Origin: Macrostomum lignano
Lineage: Eukaryota
Direction of reading: 5' to 3'
NCBI GenBank assembly: GCA_002269645.1
Contig: NIVC01002005.1
Coordinates: 124,001 to 188,000, forward strand
DNA: 64,000 bases
The notes beneath the pieces were generated by a model that worked only from the letters and a program-made list of their open reading frames with translations, was not told the origin of the DNA and searched no databases. A program made the position numbers and the translations under genes. Of this stretch, positions 54,201-64,000 are shown piece after piece. The stretch's first letter is position 1. Every line of letters begins with the position of its first letter.

Positions 54201-57036
54201 CGGGTGCTCCAGTGCGCATTTTGTTTACAACAGCTGCAAGCATCCGAGGCCTGTCAGCGAAATGCCGGCTGCACCAGGAGTGTGGGACTGGAACCATCGA
54301 AATCCCAATGCGTGTTGTAAGATAAATCCAAAGTATTTGCCATTTTGCACAGTTTTATCAGATGAATGACTATTAAAGTTGATACTTTTTTTCATAATAT
54401 TTTTGTTCTAGTCATATTGCTCACGTTATTCACACACCATCATTTATGAAGTTTAGTCGTCGTTTTTCCTGCTACCACAGGATCGAATTGTCTCGACGTC
54501 TTTGGGCAAAGTATTCCACTTCTTTGGACGATGGCAGCGTCAAGTGTGCAGCCGCAACGTATCTTGCGCATTCTCTGTGCCAGGAATGCTCGATTCGGGT
54601 GAATTCAGCGAATTACCTCCAGGTATCGCTTTTGAACCAAGGACCTTAGTGGTCCTGGTATTGAACTCTCTGGATATTACTCGCAGTTTTTTTCATAACG
54701 GCTCAAAAAACAAGCGCTATTAATACATTTTGCAACTAAATAGAAATTTTAATTAATTTCAGTTCAACCAACTGACTTACAGCTTGAGTTGATTAATTCT
54801 GAGCTGTGGCTACTCAACGGAGCGATTCAGTTCCGTGCGGTTTCCGAACACGCCTGTCACAGTCTGAGGCACCGCTGTGAGCTGAGGCTTTTAAATGGAA
54901 GCGCAGTCACTGCTGTGCAAGTGAAGCGGGTAAGATTAATGTAATAATGCGTGGATAAAACATTTTACTTGGAATAATATACGGGTTAGTATAATTTCTA
55001 TAATGCGCTTGTATACTAAAACGAAAAATTTCGTACTAATGCACATATATATGCAATTGTATTTCACTTGAATAAATATATCCAGCTAGCGTATTTTTTC
55101 GGTTACAATTGCTAAATCAAAACTTCAGCAAGGATCACAGCCACGTACATCTCAGTGTGTGAGCAGAGTTCAGACAGACTTTGCTGTGGTGGCTGAGCTC
55201 ATCGACACAGTCAATTCCACGATACTTTGTTACAAGCAAGCCGGAACAGTCAACTATTCTCTGCCGGTTATGAAACTGCGTGAGTTGAGTTACAAATATC
55301 AAAGTAAAATTTATTTATATGAATATTATAGAGATTTAGTATTTATCAATGGATAGCTTGATTAAAACAGGAAGTATGAATTTGCATAACGTAACTACGC
55401 CAGAATATAAAAAAAACTATAGAATCTTGCGAGAATCGTGATTAGTTTAAATCGAAATTCAGCGAAAAATACTACAAAATAATGTGAGTTGTGATTTTAT
55501 TCGAAATTAAATCGATTTTAGGATAAGAATTCATTTTTCTTCATGCCTTATCTATTTGAGTCTTTTAATATACATACAAGTGAAATTTATGGATATAGTG
55601 TTTTTATCAATTAAAAAAATGCGTGTCTTATGTACAACTGATTTATTCAATGCTAAAAATTGAAAATAAAAGAAAAGATTCTTGCAATGATCATTCCTCT
55701 ATCCTAGCTGTTCGAGAAATTCAATGGAGATTCCCAGATTCTGCTGGAATCACTGCGGGTGCTCCAGTGCGCATTTTGTTTACAACAGCTGCAAGCATCC
55801 GAGGCCTGTCAGCGAAATGCCGGCTGCACCAGGAGTGCGGAACTGGAACCATCGAAATCCCGATGCGTGTTGTAAGATGAAAAATCAAAGTATTTGACAC
55901 CCAACGCAGGCAAATAAAAAAATATATTTAGACTAAGCTAAACATTAGTTTGCATCAGATGAAAGCCTATTAAGGTTGATACTTTTTCGTACACTATTCT
56001 TGTAGTAGCCATATTGCCCACGTTATTTATACACCATCACTTATGAAGTTCACTCGTCATTTTTCCTGCTACCACAGGATCGAATCGTCTCGACATCTTT
56101 GGGCAAAGTATTCCACTTCTTTGGACGATGGCAGCGTCAAGTGTGCAGCCGCAATGTGTCTTGCGCATTCTCTGTGCCAGGAATGCTCGGTTCGATTGAA
56201 TTCAGCCAATTACCTCCAGGTATTGCTGTTGACCTCTCTTGTGATTCATTTATTTCATAACAGCTCATAAAAACATGCGTTCTTAATGCATTTACAACCG
56301 TTTCTCCGTTTTATTGATTTCAGTTGAACCAAATGACTTACAGCTTAAGTTGATTGATCCTGAGCTGTGGCTACTCAACGGAGCAATTCAGTTCCGTGCG
56401 GTTTCCGAACACGCCTGTCCCAGTGTGAGGCACCGCTGTGAGCTGAGGACGGCTACTAACTATTCGATTCCCGCGACGCTAATAAAGAAGGTTGTTTTTG
56501 GCTGTTGGCAGCATTATGTAGCTCGCTATTTGTGCAAGATAGTATGCTTTGCTTAACTTCAGGATGTCTCGAAGCCCACCGGGTCGCGGTGCTTCAGCTC
56601 GTCGCAGTTCTTAGCGTTCGCTCAGCCATCAGACGTAGCGGGTTCCACTGTGAGATGCCGCCTGCTCAACGGCAGCTCTGCGCTGCTCGTGCTGCCCGAA
56701 CTGGGTTTTGGTGAGTGTCGCGGCTGATTTCAGATGTTATTCCACGAAGAAGCAGCCCTGCTTTAAATATCGCCTCCATCAACAGGAGAGACGAGACTGG
56801 CGGGAGTCTGGGAGCGGCCACTGCTAGCAGCTTCATCAACAACGGCTGTTCTCGCCATCATTGCATTGGTAGCAGTGGTGGCCTGCTTTGTGCTGATGAG
56901 ATCTGGTCAGTGGCCACCTTGGAAAGAATCGCCGGATGCGGCAGTAGTGAATGAGTCGGTGAAAATGCAACCGACAGTCAGTAACCAATACTATGGCGAA
57001 TCAGCAGGCATTGTAAGCAGCTTTAATGTGATTTGA
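51278..57036 (+). CDS. Type I membrane protein, 944 aa: signal peptide, 2 CUB domains, ~3 unrecognised Cys-containing repeats, TM, short tail
   Basis: 16 phase-consistent GT-AG exons: 51278-51353, 51427-51777, 51870-52205, 52602-52762, 52942-53089, 53250-53419, 53652-53775, 54153-54316, 54481-54622, 54763-54929, 55156-55279, 55708-55871, 56078-56219, 56324-56490, 56563-56710, 56786-57036 (2835 nt, no internal stop). CUB motifs YSNNLDVSWSI..FSKLDVEPCCDKVLIY..FRSDGSVTKSGF and FNTESGCDYLRIY..FTTDGSVVREGF; TM TAVLAIIALVAVVACFVLM. Confidence 0.8.
53357..56448 (+). repeat. Intragenic tandem duplication (~1.5 kb unit, exons plus introns)
   Basis: 53357-54866 aligns with 54867-56448 (offset 1510-1561); exons nearly identical, introns clearly alignable. 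Confidence 0.93.
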
Positions 57037-57332
57037 GGCACCAGACTTCATCATATTTTCAGCAATGTCAAATTATTAATCATGCTTGCATCCGACTTTC
57101 AGCCTGATGACTCAACCGGAGTTTACGTCACGTGAAAAAGCCACCAAAAATGACTAATTACTACATACAGAAGACGATCGATACGAGCTAAAAAACCTAA
57201 AAATCTAGGGCAGTAGCTTTTTCTAAAATTTTTAACCTAGGTCTATTGCTGCTATAGTTTTACTTTGCTTAAAAGTCAGTAATTACTTTCAACATTAGGT
57301 GTATATGTATCTGATTAATTCGGCAACTTTTG

Positions 57333-57956
57333 ACTCAGCAACAGTCAAAAGTTCTACCCTCCAAATTGCGAAAACTTCACACTCACAATTCAACCCTCAA
57401 GTTACGCAACTAAGCCGCCGCGAGGAAGGGAAAGTTGATTGAATATCAATACTCGTAGTAAAATCATAATTTTTAATGCAATATTTAGTTAGAATCGCGA
57501 TGCGTGTGAGATCCCCTCGCACGCAGTAAGTGCGACGACTCTGCGGGGCATCCCAATGATGAGGCGGCGCAGAAAGTCCTGGGGAAGCCGCTCCGAAGCG
57601 TTTTCAATGGCATGACGCAGAGCTCTCCGCAACATTCTGTGGTGGATTCTCTTTTCGAATGCTACGTTTTAGGAAGTCCCAGACATGCTCGATGGGATTC
57701 ATGTCTGGGGACCGGGAAGGCCAGCGCAGAGTGCGCAGCTGTAGCTGTTCCTTCAGTTGACTAACAGCATCGGCTTGGTGTGGCGGGGCGTTGTTCCTGA
57801 GCTAGGTCTGCTTAATGTCCAGGCCTGGACCATTAAGCAGACCCAAGCCACCCCCAAGCGGCAATAAGCTTTGCGCGTGCCGTAGGTTGCGTCACTCGCA
57901 ATAAGTTAAAAAAATCATCACGCTTAGTGGGGTGGAACTTTTGACTGTTGCTGAGT
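57333..57956. mobile_element. 624-bp non-autonomous DNA transposon (MITE) with 27-bp TIRs
   Basis: ACTCAGCAACAGTCAAAAGTTCTACCC (57333-57359) versus the reverse complement of 57930-57956: 26/27 identical. Subterminal inverted motifs AGTTACGCAACTA and TAGGTTGCGTCACT. Confidence 0.88.
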
Positions 57957-58709
57957 ATATCAATATTAACCCGATGTAATAGCCTCTCCTGTACTCCTGA
58001 TGGTCCTGATGCTTTATATAGTATAAAGTAAAACCAATTATCTTGTCATTTACTCAAGGTAGGTAATGCTCAACTGTAGAGCACTAATTAAAACAACATT
58101 GATCATCAATAAATAACTTTGCAATCCAATAGATAAAATGATTGATTAAATTCTGTGTTTTTGACCTTGATGAAAATTTGAAATTGCGAATCGACGGTTT
58201 TAAAATATTTGATAAGAAGTATAATCACGCCAATTTATTTCTACTGAAGTTTTTCGTCTGTTTGGTTTGGTGTTTAAAGTTATTGCGAGATTATTGCAAT
58301 TGAAATTTAGATTTAAAATTAATAAGTCTGTAAATTTCATCAATCTTTAGCATCAAGTCTTTAGCAACATGTATATCCGTTTGCTATTATAAGTTATTTT
58401 ATTTATAGATGTTTCTTGTCCTTACAGAAGTGACAGCCTACTAGAAGATAGTATAGTAGCTCTAGCTTAGAAAAAGTATTAGCTTAGTTCGCTTGGACTC
58501 GGGTATTCATTAAAACCGCATGAAATTCTAAGATTCGGTGTCAGCGTTTGGGTGGAGTCTAGTGACGAAGTTTATTAATATATTATATAATATATTCAAT
58601 ACCGAATAGAAACGCTGTAACAATTATACAGACTGTACTATAAGAGTTATACTACAAGCTATTAAAGTTCTTTACTGAAATACATCAACCGATTAATTTA
58701 TTGATAATA

Positions 58710-59050
58710 TGGCTTTCTAAAACGTTTAGGCTCTGCAGTTTATTCGCAAACAGTCTAGCTGTACATGAACGCCAAAGCTTATGCATAAAAATGCTGCGCA
58801 TCTCATTGTTGCCAACAGAATTTTGGCCAATTTTTATCATGTGAAACATTAAATTCTTCCTTGCCGCAGTGCAAGGGGTGCAAGGGCTTATAAACTTCAA
58901 ATATAAACCGGAAAATGTAATGTACGCTCGTACCTGACACTAGGCATTCGCATTTCGCTTGATGGCTCAAGCAATAAAAATTTAATTACACCGGGCCGTA
59001 GCCCAGTGATCTATAGTGAGGTAGTGTCTGCGGCCCAGGCTCGAGTCAAA
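58710..59050 (+). repeat. Dispersed repeat, copy 2, ending in Pol III A/B-box-like motifs
   Basis: Homology to 49350-49600; TAGCCCAGTGA (58999) and GGCTCGAGTC (59038) resemble degenerate A and B boxes. Confidence 0.6.
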
Positions 59051-59160
59051 GTGCAGTCACATTTATTTAAGTCCTAATTGGAATCTCAGCTTGGCTCTGC
59101 TCATGCAATTAGCAGCCTTGAGGGCCAATCACAAGGCGCAGTGAAGTGTGCATTCTAGAC

Positions 59161-59295
59161 GATAATTAAATAAAGTTAGGGTTGCTGTACACTCCTGTGT
59201 GAGAGGATAATTAAATAAAGTTAGGGCTGCTGTACACTCCTGTGTGAGAGGATAATTAAATAAAGTTAGGGATGCTGTACACTCCTGTGTGAGAG
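59161..59295. repeat. 45-bp tandem triplication
   Basis: GATAATTAAATAAAGTTAGGG(T/C/A)TGCTGTACACTCCTGTGTGAGAG x3, differing at one base. Confidence 0.95.
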
Positions 59296-60224
59296 TATGC
59301 CTGTGCGTATGACTGCGTACGTATCCGTGCGATTGTGCTCAAGGGAGTCGTGGGAATGGGCAGTAATGTCTCTCGCTGGTTTTGTGACGAAACTTTTTTC
59401 TTACTTTTTTATCTTACCCGTATTGCACACATGTATTAGTAGCTGATCTCTGTTAGCATACCATTTGTACAAGCTTACTATAAAAAAACAGAAACGACAG
59501 CGAGACAGCTTGCTTATCAGGGCATACCTGCAGATATCTCAGATCCTGTAAGCGTCCAAGTTAAATTGCAACCATGGGAGGTTATGTATACGACGAACAT
59601 TCAAATGAAAAAGTGCTCCAATGGTGGCAAAAACTTTCATTGGCAGTAGATTTTGGCACGCTGAAGACACAGGCCGAGTAAAAAACTTGGCTAAGAATAA
59701 AGCATACTCAAGCTATCAAGCCTAAAGCCCTGATAAAATGAAGTACGATCGTAGATGTGTCGTCGGATTGTCAGATCCACCGCGAGATTATTTTATCTTT
59801 CGATCAAATTAGTTTTTTTACAGTTACTTGTTCTTTAGTTTGTGCAATTTCACTCTTGGACGTTTTTGACTCACTAAGTAATTGTTCTTGGTCACGCACC
59901 AACCCATATAATGGCTGTGCACGCTACTCTCTAGTCGTATGCACTTCAGCTAAGCCGACCACTAAGCAGCTAAAGGGCACGCTCTACTGTCTTATAAACT
60001 TGCAATCAACTTCCCTCGGTCTCCGAACCCATAAGTTCGCAATGCTATTTGCACTCAGCAACATTGAAAAGTCGCCACTCTTTGCTCCAATGAGCAATTT
60101 CTCTTGAACTTCTAGTAATTCTGAAAAAAATTACTAGAAAACTGATCGGGTAGCTTTAATCCGTCCAACCCTCGCACACCGCTCCCCCCACTTCATTCAT
60201 CAACTCAAGTCTGTCGTGGCGTAG

Positions 60225-60330
60225 CTAAGTTGCGTCACTCGCAAAGATTCAGAGACTTTACCTGCACTCTCAAAAGTGGCGACCTCGAAGGAATCTTCGG
60301 TGATGGAGAATTTTCGGTGTTACTGAGTAT
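60225..60330. mobile_element. Diverged right end of the same family as the 57333-57956 element
   Basis: Shares GTTGCGTCACTCGCAA and the TGTT(A/G)CTGAGTATAT terminus with 57886-57960. Confidence 0.55.
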
Positions 60331-61999
60331 ATAGGGCCCGATATATACGATAAGATCGTTTTTAACTCCTATCTCCACAGTGTAAAAGTTCCTACGTACG
60401 ATCAAACTTACGCTACGACAGCTTTAGAGTACGACCCCATAGTTTTTAAATGCGTTCTCGTCAGGACGATCAGATCGATGAAGCGGTGGGAAGCCAAGGC
60501 AGCTGACGCATTGAAATTGAACCTTACCCCGATTGTCAAGGCAACTTCGTGAGTTTTAACAAACATTAAAATTACTCCGCGAATGAATACATTTTTTACG
60601 ATAATGAAATTTGAACATACCCACGCGCTTATTGTTGATCGTAATCTAGTCTCTAAAATTTAGATCTAAAAAGACACTAAAGTTTCTTGACTAACAGCGC
60701 GGTTTTAACTGATATTCATCCATCCATAGATCTTCGTTCATGCATAGAAGAAATGAAGTTTTTTCTGTTTGCAGAACAATTAACCTCAAAAGTCATCAGT
60801 TAATGAATGAACGAATATGAACAGATTGTCAACACAAAATACCATAAAATATTGATTTTTGCAAAATTCATGATATTAATTTCGAGTGATGTGCAAAGCT
60901 TTTTATTGCATATTAACAAAATTGTATGAGTCTGTGAAATTCCAACAGAAATTCAAATTTATCATTCTGAATTCTCCTATTTAAGTTTCTATTCATCCTT
61001 AGATACATACAGATTGTCAATTATGGTTTCTAGGTAAATTGCTCGCAAAAATAAATTAAACTGTCAATAAACTTAACTCGATCAAGAACGGTTGTTCTTT
61101 TGAAAGCAGGATCATTAAGAGCCACTCAAAATAGGCCTTCTGATGACAAAGCGAACTGAACTTATTCGGGGAGCGTTTGATCAACATGATTTACTTTGCC
61201 AACAACGGATCCCCGGGCACTCGGATCAACCCAACAACGAGATGACCAATCACCAATTAGCCCTTTCTTTGACCCCCTGCCTGTGGCCTCCATCCCACTG
61301 CTATTGTAACCACTTGTGGGGGTGCAACGAAGCACAAGGAGAGATAACCGCCGATAGTTCAGCTCTGCCGGCAGGATCCCCTCTTCCTCCTGCCCTCCGC
61401 AGGCCTTGCTTGGAATCAACCGCAGTCTGGCACCAAGGCGGTGACCACGGCTATCTCAGGTCATGGCTGGTCAGTTCAAGGAAGCATTTAATTTTAGAAT
61501 GCCTCCTCTTTATTTAGGACAGGCTCACCGCGGCGCAAATCTGGATTTTTTCGACAGTTTCAAGCACGGGAATTTCTGCCACCTCGTCCATGCCTAAGGG
61601 CTACCGGGCGACCGATCACTCACCTCCTGGAGGGGGACAGAACTGAGAACACCGGCACCACGGGATCTCCCTGCGCGACACAGTAGCACCAGCTGCCCGT
61701 GATCGCAGGGGTCTGCGGAATGGACGGCAACACCTCCCTTCTGCACCCATATTCTGGGAAGCCTTGCAGCTAATTCTAGCGGCAAGTGTGCAGTGTCCGT
61801 CATACAAAAGCTCGCAGTTGATAAATCAATCGTTTTTACAAGCCCGTACTCATGGACAAAGAAGACAAACGCTATAATATCCCTCTCGCAATACAGTTCG
61901 AAATAAACTGATACATACTTCCCCACCAACACACTGCGCGCTTTTTGCTAAAAGTAGTTGGTGAAGTCTCTTGCTAAAGTTTTCGAATTCGATGTTGTG

Positions 62000-62135
62000 A
62001 AATTTTGACCTTGTGAAGTTTCGACCTTGTGAAAGTGGTTGCTATTTGAGTTCTCGATGTTATGAAATTTCGACCTTGTGAAATTTCGATCGTGTGAAAG
62101 AAGGTGCTTTCGACGTTGTGAAATTTCGAGTTTGT
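62000..62135. repeat. ~16-bp degenerate repeat GTGAAATTTCGACCTT
   Basis: About 7 copies visible. Confidence 0.75.
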
Positions 62136-63074
62136 GAAACCCCCCTTCAATGAATGGCTTCGAAAAGGAACATATTTGGCCCAGCCAGAAATTTGAATCC
62201 CTTGGGGAGTGGAGGGAGTGGGCCTGTACAATATCGAAAATATACGATTCCCCATTCCCTTGCATTTTCTGTATCCCCTGTCACCCTTTTTCTGCGCTAA
62301 CACCACTGAATAGAGGCCAGCTAAATTCCCAAAAGACACCACAGATCCGAACCACCAAGAGCGCTTTCTTCTGAAAATAAAGTTCGTTCATTTCTTGGCA
62401 TTGAGTTGGGTGTGTCAATAATTTCAGCATTAACGACAGTTAAATTGATCAAATTTGAGTGTTGAGAACTATATGTTCGAATAATTGAACTAAATTTTTA
62501 TCAATGTGTTTCATTAACTGGTTACTAACTCTTTTAAGGCTTATTAAGCCGTTATTACCCATGTGAATGTTACAGTTATTATATTTTTTACATTTTAATT
62601 ACAAAGTTTAGCCTTTCAACAACGACGCCTAATCTGTTTTGCATACTTGTCCTGTCTTACATTTACTACAATGAACAACAGTATCTGCTTGTAACTATCT
62701 ATACTTCGAGATTTGTGTGTCATCTGAAACGAAAGGGTTGGTATTTTTAGCAAATATATACTTTCACAATCACATTACAGTGTGAGTTACAAACGTACAA
62801 ATATTACAAACTCCATAAAAATTTACAACCGAAACAAATTCACGGGGCGCTTTCATTAGGCAAAAATTTCACTTTGCCGAAAAGCACTCTCTTTCACTAG
62901 GCCGAACCTTATGGAAGAGCATACTCGGCAATGTGAAGTTTCGGCTTAGTAACCCCCCCCCAAATTCACTAAGGTGGCTTTAAGCTACCTCAAATTTCCG
63001 AATTTCAAATCTTCAAACCCAAAAAGCAAAAAACTAAGACAGTTTTTCACTCAATCCCCCATAGCATTGCTCCA

Positions 63075-63300
63075 CTCCTCTCTACCCTCTCTCCCCTCTA
63101 CCCTCTCCCTCTCTCTACCCTCTCTCCTCTCTAGCCTCTCTCCCTCTCTACCCTCTCTCCTCTCTACCCTCTCTCCTCTCTACCCTCTCTCCTCTCTACC
63201 CTCTCTCCTCTCTACCCTCTCTCCTCTCTACCCTCTCTCCTCTCTACCCTCTCTCCTCTCTACCCTCTCTCCTCTCTACCCTCTCTCCTCTCCCTACTTC
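63075..63300. repeat. CTCTCCTCTCTACCCT minisatellite
   Basis: Directly visible. Confidence 0.9.
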
Positions 63301-63879
63301 TTTTCTAAAAGCCCGCTTTCTAAAAGCGCAAATATTTACAGGTGTAAATTTATCGTCAATTTGATGCTTTTAATCTTCTTTCGACTGCAAACAAAAAGTT
63401 GTTCTCGGGGGCTCTTAGCTCTACGCTACTAAAAGTAGTCTGATGCGCATTTAAATTTTATGAAACTTCACACATCTTTCCGAAAAAAATTATTTCACAA
63501 TGTTGGCACTAGGCAACAGCAAATATAGCCCTAACGTTTATTGTAAAGAGTAACCACCTATTATTGTGATAAAAAACGGTTCTCCCGCTAGGCTGAAAGG
63601 GCAGTGCTATTAAATAAAGCTGCCTTGAACATGAAACACGCCAAACTTAGGTTGCCGCCTCATAGGCCGCCGGGCGATCACCGGGCGGCTTCGATTAGGA
63701 TTAAAAAAATCGTCCATATTAAGGCTATATAAAGTATTACGAGTAAAAAATCACCATTTCTCATTGAAAAATCAGATCATATTTCATTGTAAAGTGTAAA
63801 TAAAAATATTTACCGACTGCCCTCACAGGCGGCCGCGAGGGCGCACACCGCCCACTGTACGCCCCACTTAGTTGTCCCA

Positions 63880-64000
63880 CTGGTCCCAGTGTCCTTCACC
63901 AGACTCTTTATTGCCAGCCTCAAAATGCAGAAAAGTCTTTGTGTCACCGGACTGTCGGTAGATCACCCACGAGTTCCGCACAAGCATCGCAAGAAGATGA
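63880..64000 (-). mobile_element. Second decayed copy of the same piggyBac family, running off the window
   Basis: Reverse complement aligns closely with 47573-47700 (TCATCTTCTTG.GATG..TG.GCGGAACTC.TGGGTGATCTACCGACAGTC.GGTG.CACAAAGACTTTTCTGCATTTTGAGGCTG); translates HLLAMLVRNSWVIYRQSGDTKTFLHFE. Confidence 0.88.

Noticed and set aside
57100-57145. CTGATGA-CTC..GAG..GAAA hammerhead-like string
   Set aside because: Twelve extra unpaired bases between stem II and GAAA, and no stems I or III.
61143-61932. GC-rich patches with a GTGAGT donor on the minus strand
   Set aside because: No frame joins cleanly across the candidate exons and no homology was recognised; the short match to ~3985-4005 is too small to call.

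Overview
Eukaryotic (metazoan) genomic DNA, very rich in mini- and microsatellites. A zfp-1-like zinc-finger gene and minisatellite-filled introns suggest a free-living flatworm such as Macrostomum (inference). Five complete spliced genes were assembled by hand, each with GT-AG junctions, consistent phases and a total length divisible by 3: OPA3 (+, 2 exons), a D2-like dopamine receptor (+, 4 exons), a zfp-1-like C2H2 factor (+, 3 exons), the NEDD8 E2 UBC12/UBE2M (-, 3 exons), and a 16-exon, 944-aa type I membrane protein with two CUB domains and about three copies of an unrecognised cysteine-containing ~200-aa repeat. The window also starts with the 3' end of another single-pass protein carrying an NPxY tail. 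Mobile DNA: a decayed Penelope-like element with a minimal hammerhead ribozyme at its 3' end, two decayed piggyBac copies, and a TIR element with internal palindromes. Top leads are the CUB/novel-repeat receptor and its intra-exon unequal-crossover duplication, the hammerhead, and a ~1.1 kb stretch whose composition looks like complemented-but-not-reversed DNA (probably an assembly artefact). Most long ORFs in the supplied track are tandem-repeat artefacts. No database searches were run; family calls rest on remembered motifs, and repeat boundaries are approximate.
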